A stretch of 64,000 bases of DNA from an uncultured Acidimicrobiia bacterium (GTDB lineage: Bacteria; Actinomycetota; Acidimicrobiia; Spongiisociales; JAENVV01), in the NCBI GenBank assembly GCA_964600365.1, contig CAZRJG010000002.1:36180-100179 (forward strand), in the 5' to 3' direction. The notes below the pieces were generated by a model. It did not search any database. It was not told where the DNA came from and worked only from the letters and a program-made list of their open reading frames with translations. The position numbers were made by a program, and so were the translations under genes. The first letter of the stretch is position 1. Each line of letters opens with the position of its first letter. Positions 8,334 to 15,394 of the stretch are shown here, piece by piece.

Positions 8334-10099
8334 TGCCGCTCATCGGCACCGCAGGACACGTCGACCACGGCAAGTCCACCCTCATCGCCGCCCTCACCGG
8401 ACGGGATCCGGACCGCTGGGCCGAGGAGAAGGAGCGAGGCCTGACGATCGACCTCGGCTTCGCATGGACTCACCTCGGCGACACCGAGGTGTCCTTCGTC
8501 GATGTGCCCGGCCACGAGCGGTTCCTCAAGAACATGCTCGCCGGGATCGAACCGATCGACGTCGCCCTGTTCGTCGTGGCAGCGGATGAGGGTTGGTCGG
8601 CCCAGTCGGAGGAACACCTCTCGGTCATCGACCTCCTCGGCATCTCCACGGGTGTCATCGCCCTCACAAAGGTTGATCGCGTCGACGACGACCTCGTGGA
8701 ACTCGCTTCCCTCGAGGCAGAGGAACGCCTCACCGGGACGTCGTTGGAAGGGGCACAGGTCGTGCCGGTCTCCGCTGTGCGGGGCGACGGAATGGACGCA
8801 TTGCGCAGCGCCCTCGCCGGGCTCGTCGCGCACGCGACCCCTCGGCCCGGCCCGCCGACCCTCTGGATCGACCGCTCCTTCTCGGTTGCGGGCGCCGGGA
8901 CCATCGTCACGGGCACCCTGTCGGGGGGATCGGTTGCGGTCGGCGACGACCTCATCCACCTCCCCACGGGGGATCGCACGCGAATCCGCACCATCCAGAG
9001 CCATGAGACGGACCTCGCCGAGGTCGGCCCGGGGCGACGGATCGCACTCGGGGTTCCCGACCTCTCCCGTGGGGCGGCGGTCCGCGGGTCCGTGCTCACG
9101 GTTCCCGGGGTGCGCACCACCTCGACCACGCTGCTGGTCGACCTCCACCCCGCCCGTGGCTTCGAGGACGCCACCTCGAGCCGCGGTGCGTTCCACGTCC
9201 ACCTGGGATCGGGCGACTGGCCGGCAACACTCCGGACCATCGATGAGAGGACCGCACTCGTGGACCTCGACACCCCGATCCCGGTGGTGGTCGGGGATCG
9301 CTGCATCATCCGCGATGCGGGGCGACGAGCCGTGGTGGCGGGAGGTGTCGTCCTCCATCCCTTCCCCGAGCGTCGTCGACGAGCCGCCGCCGCGGCCGCA
9401 GTGCGCCTCCGATCCACACGAGGGGGCACGCCGGATGACGTCGCCGACGCACTGCTCGAGACAGCCGGCGTCGCCGAGCTCGCCAGGCTCGCAACCGCGT
9501 CGGGGGGCGGCGCGCCTCGACGGGCGGTGGTCGCAGGCACGGTGGCCGCCACTCGGGAACAGTTGGAGGCCGCTGCCGGGCGGGCGGTCGCGGCGGCGCG
9601 GGCCCATCACCTGGAACACCCGCTCAGAGACGGCATCCCCAAGGCCGAGCTGGGTGCGGCATCGGGCCTCCCGCCCGAGTTCGTGGATGCCGTCATCGCC
9701 GCAAGGCCGGAGCTCGAAGCAGTCGGCGCAACGGTCGCCGCCGACGGGCATCGGCCCGGGCTCTCCCACGCCCACGAAGCCGCGTGGCGTGCAGCTCGCG
9801 GCCTCCTGTCCGACGCTGGCTTCTCGCCGCCCCGGGCCAGCGAGCTCCTCGCCGACGGCGAGCTCACACACGTGCTCACGCGGCGAGAACAGCTCGTCCA
9901 GGTCGGTGAGTTCCTGTACCTCCCGGACACGCTCGCCGAGGTGGAAGGGGTGCTTCGCACGCTCCCGTCACCGTTCACCGTCTCGGAGGCGAAGGACGCG
10001 CTGGGCATCTCGCGCAAGCACGCGGTGCCGCTCATGGAGTGGTGCGATGCGAACGGCGTGACCCGGAGGTCGGGCGACGGCCGGGCGGTGCGGGACTAG
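8333..10099 (+). CDS. selB: Selenocysteine-specific elongation factor
   Basis: GTPase motifs ([21 protein letters not shown]) followed by a long winged-helix C-terminal extension; 588 aa. The ATG overlaps the selA stop. Confidence 0.85.
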   Translation: MPLIGTAGHVDHGKSTLIAALTGRDPDRWAEEKERGLTIDLGFAWTHLGDTEVSFVDVPGHERFLKNMLAGIEPIDVALFVVAADEGWSAQSEEHLSVIDLLGISTGVIALTKVDRVDDDLVELASLEAEERLTGTSLEGAQVVPVSAVRGDGMDALRSALAGLVAHATPRPGPPTLWIDRSFSVAGAGTIVTGTLSGGSVAVGDDLIHLPTGDRTRIRTIQSHETDLAEVGPGRRIALGVPDLSRGAAVRGSVLTVPGVRTTSTTLLVDLHPARGFEDATSSRGAFHVHLGSGDWPATLRTIDERTALVDLDTPIPVVVGDRCIIRDAGRRAVVAGGVVLHPFPERRRRAAAAAAVRLRSTRGGTPDDVADALLETAGVAELARLATASGGGAPRRAVVAGTVAATREQLEAAAGRAVAAARAHHLEHPLRDGIPKAELGAASGLPPEFVDAVIAARPELEAVGATVAADGHRPGLSHAHEAAWRAARGLLSDAGFSPPRASELLADGELTHVLTRREQLVQVGEFLYLPDTLAEVEGVLRTLPSPFTVSEAKDALGISRKHAVPLMEWCDANGVTRRSGDGRAVRD

Positions 10100-10398
10100 C
10101 GACCGGCAGAGGCCGAGAGAGCCCGCTTGCGGTCGGACTCGGTCATGCCGCCCCAGATGCCATACGCCTCGCGCAGCGTGAGGGCGTACTCTCGGCATTC
10201 GGTGAGGACGGGACACACCTGGCAGATCGCCTTCGCCCGCGTCTCGCGGCGCTCGCGATCGTCCTTCCTCTCGAAGGCGGTGGGCGGGAAGAACAGGTGT
10301 GCGTGGTTCCCTCGGCACATGCCCTCGGTATGCCAATCGGTCACCTGCTGCTGCACCACCACACTCCTCACTGCCTCGCGGTCGTGCCGAGGGAACAT
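10096..10398 (-). CDS. WhiB-family (Wbl) Fe-S transcriptional regulator
   Basis: Four-Cys pattern C..C....C.VC..C plus GIWGG and a basic tail. It is convergent with selB. Confidence 0.8.
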   Translation of the reverse strand: MFPRHDREAVRSVVVQQQVTDWHTEGMCRGNHAHLFFPPTAFERKDDRERRETRAKAICQVCPVLTECREYALTLREAYGIWGGMTESDRKRALSASAGR

Positions 10399-10401
10399 AG
10401 T

Positions 10402-10437
10402 GGGGGGATCCCAAGGTGTCTAGGGATGGATCCCCCC
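10402..10437. promoter_or_regulatory. 10-bp perfect inverted repeat GGGGGGATCC(N16)GGATCCCCCC immediately upstream of the whiB start
   Basis: Read directly from the sequence; it lies 4 to 40 nt 5' of the whiB ATG on the coding strand. Confidence 0.3.
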
Positions 10438-10576
10438 GACGCGCGCAGTTCCCACGTCCGGCGCATCGATCACTCACGGCCTGAGTCGTCCCTCAAACGC
10501 AGGATCAAACGCCAGCCGAGTTCAGTGGGGACACATTCGGGTCAAGGGACTCGATCTGGCGCGGAAGGAGACCGGA

Positions 10577-10828
10577 ATGCCGCTCTACATGGATGTCCAC
10601 ACGCTCGAAGGAGGCGTCGCTGCGGCGGACGTCGCCGAGGCCCACAAGGCTGACCTGGCAACACAGGGCGCACACGGCGTCAACTACCTGAAGTACTGGG
10701 TGGACGAGGAGGCGGGGAAGATCTTCTGCCTCGTCGACGCGCCAGACGCCGAAGCAGCGAACACCGTCCACCGAGAGGCACACGGCCTCGTCGCAGATGA
10801 GATCTACCCCGTCAGCGAACACGAGTAG
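10577..10828 (+). CDS. DUF4242 domain protein (SCO4226-like small metal-binding protein family)
   Basis: MPLYMDVHT...YLKYWVDEEAGKIFCLVDAPDAEAANTVHREAHGLVADEIY matches the DUF4242 consensus; 83 aa. Confidence 0.6.
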   Translation: MPLYMDVHTLEGGVAAADVAEAHKADLATQGAHGVNYLKYWVDEEAGKIFCLVDAPDAEAANTVHREAHGLVADEIYPVSEHE

Positions 10829-10914
10829 CGGTACGCATCGCGGGCGGTTCGTTGCGAACACCACCCGCGATGCGCCGCCTCCCGACCGATGCCACGTGCA
10901 AGGATCCAGCCTCG

Positions 10915-12738
10915 ATGCCCATACAGATCCAACTCCTCGGGCAACCCCGCATCTCCTGCGAGTCCAAGGAGGCGTATCGGTTCAGGGGCCGGAAGAGTTG
11001 GGCCCTGCTCGCCGTCCTCCTCCTGAGTGACAGAACCCGGACCCGTTCCGAACTCGCATCACTGCTGTTCTCCGAAGCGAACGACCCGCTCCGTGCACTT
11101 CGCTGGAGCCTTGCCGAGATCCGTCGCGCGCTGGGCGAATCGGGCTCCGTCGAGGGCGACCCGGTGGAGATCCGCCTCCCACCGGGATCGGTGGTCGACA
11201 TCGAGGTGCTGACACGGGGCTCGTGGCGGGACGCCGTGCGCCTCGAAGGACTGGGTGGCGACCTCCTCGACGGCTTCGCCATCCGGGATGCGCCCGCCTT
11301 CTCTTCCTGGCTGCTCTCCGAGCAACGGCACGTCGCCGCGGTGTCGGAGGCGATCCTCCACGAAGCGGCACTGGGGTCGATGTCCGCGGGCGACACGACC
11401 GACGCCATCCGGTTCGCGGTGCGTGCGACGACGCTGAATCCCTTCGACGAGAACCACCAGGCGCTCCTCCTCCGGCTGTACCGCCGAGCCGGCGATGAGG
11501 AGTCGGCAGCGCGCCAGTTCGCTGCGTACAAATCCCTCGTCGACCGGGAGTTGGGCACGACACCCGGGCCGGTCATCCATGCGGCGATGCGTGTCGAGCC
11601 AGCGGACCTCGCCGCCGAGCCGAGTCCCGCAGAGGTGGAGGCGATCATCGAGGCCGGCTCGGCCGCCGTGGCCGCGGGGGCCATCGAGTCGGGCGTCGAG
11701 TCCCTTCGGACCGCGGTACGCCTCGCCGATCGCGCGGGGGAACGGGGCGCTCGCATCCGGTCCCGTCTCGTCCTCGCCGAGGCACTCATCCACTCCCTCA
11801 GGGGCTTCGACGAGGACGGCGTCGCGGCACTCCACGAGATCGAGGCAATCGCCAAGGGCCCAGGCGACAACCCCTCGGTGGCCCGGGCGCGCGTCGAACT
11901 GGGCTACGTCGACTTCCTCCGGGCCCGCTACGACCGCTCCGTGAAGTGGCTCACCGATGCCCTTCGGACCGATGCCGACCTGCCAACCATCGCCAAGGCG
12001 TCGACGTACCTCGGGTGCGTCGAGAGCGACCGGGCCGACTACCCGACCGCCCGCGCGCTCCTGGAGCGGGGGCTGCGATCCGCGCAGGACGCGGGGAGCC
12101 TCCGACTCGAGGCGTTCGCAGCGTCGATGCTGGGGCGGATCGACCTGCTCCGGGGCGACCTCACCGCGGCGACACGGCATCTCGACCGAGCCACGGAGGT
12201 GGCCGAGCGGGACCACTGGCTCGCCTTCCTGCCGTGGCCCCAAGCGCTCCGCGGGGAGGTCGCGCTCACCCGTGGCGATCTCGACGAGGCCGAGGAGTCG
12301 CTGCACCATGCCTTCGCCCGTGCTTGTCAGCTCGGCGATCCCTGCTGGGAGGGACTTGCCTCGAGGGGCCTCGCCCTCGTCGCGGAACGCCGGGGTGACG
12401 TCGGGTCGGCATTCGACCTCCTCGTCGACGCGCGCAGGCGAAACGGCCGGTTCGCCGACCCCTACGTGTGGCTCGACGGCTACATCCTGGACACGCAGTG
12501 CACGCTGGGGCTTCGCCACGACCATCCCGACACGGCCAGGTGGGTCGAGGCGATGCAGGACCTCACGTCCCGGACCGACATGAAGGAACTCGTTGCACGA
12601 GCGCTGCATCACAGCGGTCGACTGGGGAACGCCGGCGACGGGGAGGCGGCCGCAATGGTCGCCTCGGAGATCGAGAGCCCCGTGCTCACCGGGCTGATCG
12701 GGAACGCGCCCGGGCGAGCATCGGGCCGGGCGGGCTAG
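10915..12738 (+). CDS. SARP/AfsR-family transcriptional regulator (OmpR-type wHTH + BTAD + TPR-like C-region)
   Basis: The N-terminal part (IQLLGQPRISCESKEAYRFRGRKSWALLAVLLL...) is an OmpR-like DNA-binding domain. It is followed by a BTAD (LYRRAGDEESAARQFAAYKSLVDRELGTTPG) and Ala/Leu-rich TPR-like repeats. Start taken at the internal Met 10915. Confidence 0.75.
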   Translation: MPIQIQLLGQPRISCESKEAYRFRGRKSWALLAVLLLSDRTRTRSELASLLFSEANDPLRALRWSLAEIRRALGESGSVEGDPVEIRLPPGSVVDIEVLTRGSWRDAVRLEGLGGDLLDGFAIRDAPAFSSWLLSEQRHVAAVSEAILHEAALGSMSAGDTTDAIRFAVRATTLNPFDENHQALLLRLYRRAGDEESAARQFAAYKSLVDRELGTTPGPVIHAAMRVEPADLAAEPSPAEVEAIIEAGSAAVAAGAIESGVESLRTAVRLADRAGERGARIRSRLVLAEALIHSLRGFDEDGVAALHEIEAIAKGPGDNPSVARARVELGYVDFLRARYDRSVKWLTDALRTDADLPTIAKASTYLGCVESDRADYPTARALLERGLRSAQDAGSLRLEAFAASMLGRIDLLRGDLTAATRHLDRATEVAERDHWLAFLPWPQALRGEVALTRGDLDEAEESLHHAFARACQLGDPCWEGLASRGLALVAERRGDVGSAFDLLVDARRRNGRFADPYVWLDGYILDTQCTLGLRHDHPDTARWVEAMQDLTSRTDMKELVARALHHSGRLGNAGDGEAAAMVASEIESPVLTGLIGNAPGRASGRAG

Positions 12739-13133
12739 CTGCACCCGGTACGCCGGTACACGACCATCCACGCACTCCCGAAGCGCTCCCGTTCCTCGTC
12801 GGTCGACCGGCGCAGGAACGGTCCCTCCCGCGGCGACCACCCCTCGGGAGTGGGTTCGAGCAGGTTCGCTTCGGTGCGACGGGAGTAGCTGCTCAACCGG
12901 TTCCCCAGGTAGGTGAGCACCGAGTAGCGGGTACCCGATCCGTACAGCCCGTAGCGCTCCACGAGCGCGTCCCATCGATCCGGGAACGCCGCCGCGAAGG
13001 CATCGGCGAACGCCAGGATCGAAAAGGAGGGGGCCATCAGCTCGATCGTCGCCTCCACCTCTTCGTCGGGGACGAGGGGGATCCTGTCTCCATCCGCTGC
13101 GTGGCCCGAGGCTACGCGCGCACGCGCCGCCAT
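12735..13133 (-). CDS. Hypothetical protein (132 aa)
   Basis: Coding-like composition. It is convergent with the SARP gene, and the two stop codons overlap inside a GCTAGC palindrome. No family recognised. Confidence 0.4.
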   Translation of the reverse strand: MAARARVASGHAADGDRIPLVPDEEVEATIELMAPSFSILAFADAFAAAFPDRWDALVERYGLYGSGTRYSVLTYLGNRLSSYSRRTEANLLEPTPEGWSPREGPFLRRSTDEERERFGSAWMVVYRRTGCS

Positions 13134-13163
13134 CGGGTTCCCGCCCCCGGCACCCGACCGACA

Positions 13164-13200
13164 CCAGGCAGGGCCGCCCCGTCGGGGCGGCCCTGCCTGG
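13164..13200. other. Very stable GC hairpin: 17-bp perfect stem CCAGGCAGGGCCGCCCC / GGGGCGGCCCTGCCTGG with a 3-nt loop
   Basis: Read directly. It abuts the att-like tRNA-fragment repeat. A related 9-bp-stem hairpin (GGGCCGCCC-CGAA-GGGCGGCCC) sits at 15235-15256 next to the intact tRNA-Pro. Confidence 0.6.
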
Positions 13201-13208
13201 TGTCTCTT

Positions 13209-13253
13209 GGTCGGGACGGTCGGATTTGAACCGACGACCTCAGCGTCCCGAAG
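13209..13253 (-). repeat. attR-like partial copy of the tRNA-Pro 3' half (anticodon loop to CCA end; 43/45 identical to 15273-15317)
   Basis: tggtcgggacggtcggatttgaaccgacgacctcagcgtcccgaa compared with tggtcgggacggtgggatttgaacccacgacctcagcgtcccgaa. The 5' half of a tRNA is absent, so this is not a second tRNA gene. Confidence 0.7.
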
Positions 13254-13346
13254 GCGCCCGCCATGGACTGAGGCGTACTCCTGCGGACCAAAACCCCAGG
13301 TCAGAGCAGTACGGTGACTGCCGCGAACTGCGGTGGACGCCTACGG

Positions 13347-13368
13347 ACGCGCGATGGACGCGCGATGG
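13347..13368. repeat. Tandem 11-mer GACGCGCGATG x2 (copy A), candidate integrase arm-type site
   Basis: An identical 22-mer recurs at 15194-15215, just inside the other end of the island. Confidence 0.4.
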
Positions 13369-13380
13369 AGCGGGGTTCGG

Positions 13381-13662
13381 TCAGGCGACCTCGAGGAACC
13401 GGCGGATCGCCTCACGGATGATCTCGCTGGTGGTGGTGTGCTCGGCTTCGGCGCGCGCTTCGATCGCAGCTCGCAGTTCGGGGTCGATGCGGACCGGCAC
13501 GACGTCGGCCGGACCCGATCCCATCGGAGGCCGACCCCGGCGCCGGGTCTTGAGGGCTTCGACGTCGTATTCGGTCTCGGCGACCTCGTTGGCGAGTGCG
13601 TCGATCTCCTCGTCGGTGAGGGTGCGGCCGCTGCGCGTGCGATGGGTCTTCGCTTCCGTCAT
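13381..13662 (-). CDS. BrnA-like antitoxin with C-terminal ribbon-helix-helix domain
   Basis: 93 aa. The C-terminal part (VVPVRIDPELRAAIEARAEAEHTTTSEIIREAIRRFL) is an RHH fold. The ATG overlaps the upstream toxin stop by 4 nt (ATGA). Confidence 0.65.
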   Translation of the reverse strand: MTEAKTHRTRSGRTLTDEEIDALANEVAETEYDVEALKTRRRGRPPMGSGPADVVPVRIDPELRAAIEARAEAEHTTTSEIIREAIRRFLEVA

Positions 13663-13922
13663 GGCATGTCCTCCCTGGTCTGCGGGAGCAAGTCGTAGAA
13701 GGTCGGTCGGAGCGGCATGGCGTGGATCACCAGATTGATGTCGTCGGCGAGTTCGAGCCAGATGATCTCCAGCAGATTGCCAGCTCGGTCGGGTCCGATG
13801 GCAAGGGCTTTGGGTGGGTCTGCGTCGGGGTCGAGGTCGATAATGGTGATGGCATGGTCGAGGGCGTGGAGGATGGCGGCATCGTCGATACCGTGCTTGC
13901 GGGCCGACCGGTGGATCTCCAC
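13659..13922 (-). CDS. BrnT-like (DUF497) toxin, toxin-first operon
   Basis: 87-aa core (VEIHRSARKHGIDDAAILHAL...AIGPDRAGNLLEIIWLEL...VIHAMPLRPT) resembles the BrnT/DUF497 layout KHG(I/V)..EA ... iG..r.G.lL.vv ... I(S/H)A(R/M). GTG start chosen just downstream of a palindromic operator. The 154-aa ORF extension upstream is judged spurious. Confidence 0.5.
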   Translation of the reverse strand: MEIHRSARKHGIDDAAILHALDHAITIIDLDPDADPPKALAIGPDRAGNLLEIIWLELADDINLVIHAMPLRPTFYDLLPQTREDMP

Positions 13923-13925
13923 ATC

Positions 13926-13945
13926 ACAATATTGTAATACGAAAG
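13926..13945. promoter_or_regulatory. Palindromic operator ACAATATTGT (10-bp perfect, imperfectly extended) overlapping a -10-like TACAAT, immediately 5' of the toxin start
   Basis: On the coding (minus) strand the sequence reads ...CGTATTACAATATTGTGATGTGG.... RHH antitoxins typically autoregulate at such palindromes. The spacing suggests a leaderless or near-leaderless transcript. Confidence 0.35.
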
Positions 13946-14085
13946 TCAGGTGAAGGGAACCGACTGTCTGACATCGCTGGGGGATACGCCTACGTGTCAG
14001 CGTGTCGCCTGCGGCCGATCCTGGAAGTGCCGTTCCCGGGTGCTTTGCGGAATGTGCGATATGGCACCGTATTTGGTGTTCTGGG

Positions 14086-14460
14086 CTACTCGGCGAGGTC
14101 GATGGTTCCGTCGCGTCGGCCACCTTCGGAGAAGGTTCGGAATCCGATCAGGGCCATGAGGAACCAGACGGCGCCGATGAGCAGTTCGAGGCCTAGCTCC
14201 CCGAACGCCCCAGACGAGATCCCGTTTGTGAGCAGGTCCCGCGTACCGAGGAGTCCGTGGTGGAGCGGAAGTAGGTTGGCGATCTGTTGCACCCATTCGG
14301 GAAAGACCTCGGTGGCGACGTTGACGCCGCCGATGGCGACGAGGGTGTAGAAGACGAAGTTGAAGAGGATGTTGCCGATGCGGAGGCGTCGGATGCTGAT
14401 CGCGGCGAGGAAGAGGCCGAGCCCGTAGGAGCCGAGAGCGACGGCGATGAGGCCGACCGG
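14086..14460 (-). pseudogene. C-terminal fragment (about 125 aa) of an ABC-2 type transporter permease, 5'-truncated
   Basis: The frame reads ...WWLLPVGLIAVALGSYGLGLFLAAISIRRLRIGNILFNFVFYTLVAIGGVNVATEVFPEWVQQIANLLPLHHGLLGTRDLL...GAVWFLMALIGF and then stops. No N-terminal part is present; the sequence upstream switches to the integrase fragment at about 14461. Confidence 0.5.
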
Positions 14461-14462
14461 CA

Positions 14463-15194
14463 GAAGCCACCAGTGGCCGGCTCAACGCCGCCGTGCTCGA
14501 CGATCGGATCGCCCGGTCACCCTGTCGGGGCATTCGGCTGCCGGCCATCCAACCGACCGACCGGCCCGTGCTCACGGCTTCCCAGTTGGCGGATCTCACT
14601 GAGGCGCTGGGACCCGACTACGGGCTGATGGTGCATCTCGGGGCGGTGCTCGGGCTGCGGTGGGGTGAATGCGCCGGACTCCGCATCGGTCGGATCGACT
14701 TCGACCGAGCGACCGTCGCCATCACCGAACAGGTCACCCGGGGCGCCGGAGGCCGCTCGGTCCTCGGGCCACCCAAGTCCCAGGCCGCCCGCAGGACCCT
14801 GGCCGCACCGCCGGTGCTCACAGATCTCATCGCCGAGCACCTCGAGCGTCGGGGGCTCACAACCAGAGACACCCATGCCTTCCTGTTCGCCGGCTTGGAC
14901 GGTGGACACCTCGACTACTCGAACTGGCTGCACCGAATCTGGTATCCCGCCCGCCAACAAGCCGGTGTCGAGTGGGCCCAATTCCACGACCTCCGCCGAG
15001 CAAACGCCACCGGACTCGTCCTCGAAGGCATCGACCTCAAGACCGCCCAAACCCGACTCGGGCACACCGACCCGAGGCTGACACTCGGCATCTACGCCCA
15101 AGCCAGCACCGAAGCCGACCGCCACGCCGCCGAACGACTCGGCGACCGATTCCTCCCGAAACGGGACCACGACAACGGAAGAGGCCTTATCTGA
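14463..15194 (+). pseudogene. Tyrosine recombinase (phage integrase) catalytic domain only, N-terminal arm/core-binding domains missing
   Basis: R...HxLRH...Y-type catalytic region (LGLRWGECAGLRIGRID...HDLRRANATGLV...RLGHTDPRLTLGIYAQ). The frame opens at about 14463 without a plausible start or N-domain. The stop lies immediately before tandem 11-mer copy B. Confidence 0.6.
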
Positions 15195-15215
15195 CGCGCG
15201 ATGGACGCGCGATGG
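15194..15215. repeat. Tandem 11-mer GACGCGCGATG x2 (copy B)
   Basis: Identical to 13347-13368. Confidence 0.4.
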
Positions 15216-15272
15216 AAACCCCTCCCAAACCAGCGGGCCGCCCCGAAGGGCGGCCCTGACCTGGGGTTTCTC

Positions 15273-15349
15273 TGGTCGGGACGGTGGGATTTGAACCCAC
15301 GACCTCAGCGTCCCGAACGCTGCGCGCTGCCAAACTGCGCCACGTCCCG
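15273..15349 (-). tRNA. tRNA-Pro (anticodon CGG)
   Basis: Manual fold: acceptor CGGGACG/CGTCCCG, D-arm GCGC-AGTTTGGCA-GCGC, anticodon stem CAGCG/CGCTG with loop TTCGGGA (U33, CGG, G37), T-arm GTGGG-TTCAAAT-CCCAC, discriminator A, encoded CCA. Confidence 0.85.
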
Positions 15350-15394
15350 ATCGGGTGCGTGAGGATAGGACGCGCGACAGCCCAAACGGAACCG

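Larger units (their letters stand above)
13209..15349. mobile_element. Small degenerate integrative element inserted at the 3' end of tRNA-Pro(CGG), flanked by 45-bp direct repeats
   Basis: An intact tRNA-Pro with an adjacent tyrosine-recombinase catalytic domain lies at one end and a partial tRNA repeat at the other. The cargo is a toxin-antitoxin operon plus gene fragments. A tandem 11-mer (GACGCGCGATG)x2 lies just inside both ends (13347-13368 and 15194-15215). Confidence 0.55.

Noticed and set aside
11059-13164. 701-aa minus-strand ORF antisense to the SARP regulator gene
   Set aside because: Typical high-GC antisense open frame: Arg/Pro/Gly-rich, no motifs. The plus-strand SARP gene and the minus-strand 12735-13133 gene explain the region.
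13209-13290. Possibility that the second tRNA-like segment is a complete tRNA gene
   Set aside because: Only the anticodon-loop-to-CCA half is present. The sequence 5' of it (GGCGGGCGCC...) cannot form an anticodon stem, D-arm or a matching acceptor 5' strand.
13923-14123. N-terminal 67-codon extension of the toxin ORF (154-aa version starting at 14123)
   Set aside because: The extension (MADATEPSTSPSSPEHQIRCHIAHSAKHPG...) has no family signal. The palindromic operator and the -10-like TACAAT lie inside it, so it is more likely promoter DNA. The short GTG-start version is preferred but not proven.
14493-15194. Intact integrase CDS as listed by the ORF track (233 aa starting with Met at 14493)
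   Set aside because: The catalytic-domain homology begins upstream of that Met, at about 14463, and runs straight into the permease remnant. There is no arm-binding or core-binding domain, and 233 aa is too short for a functional tyrosine integrase. Called as a pseudogene.
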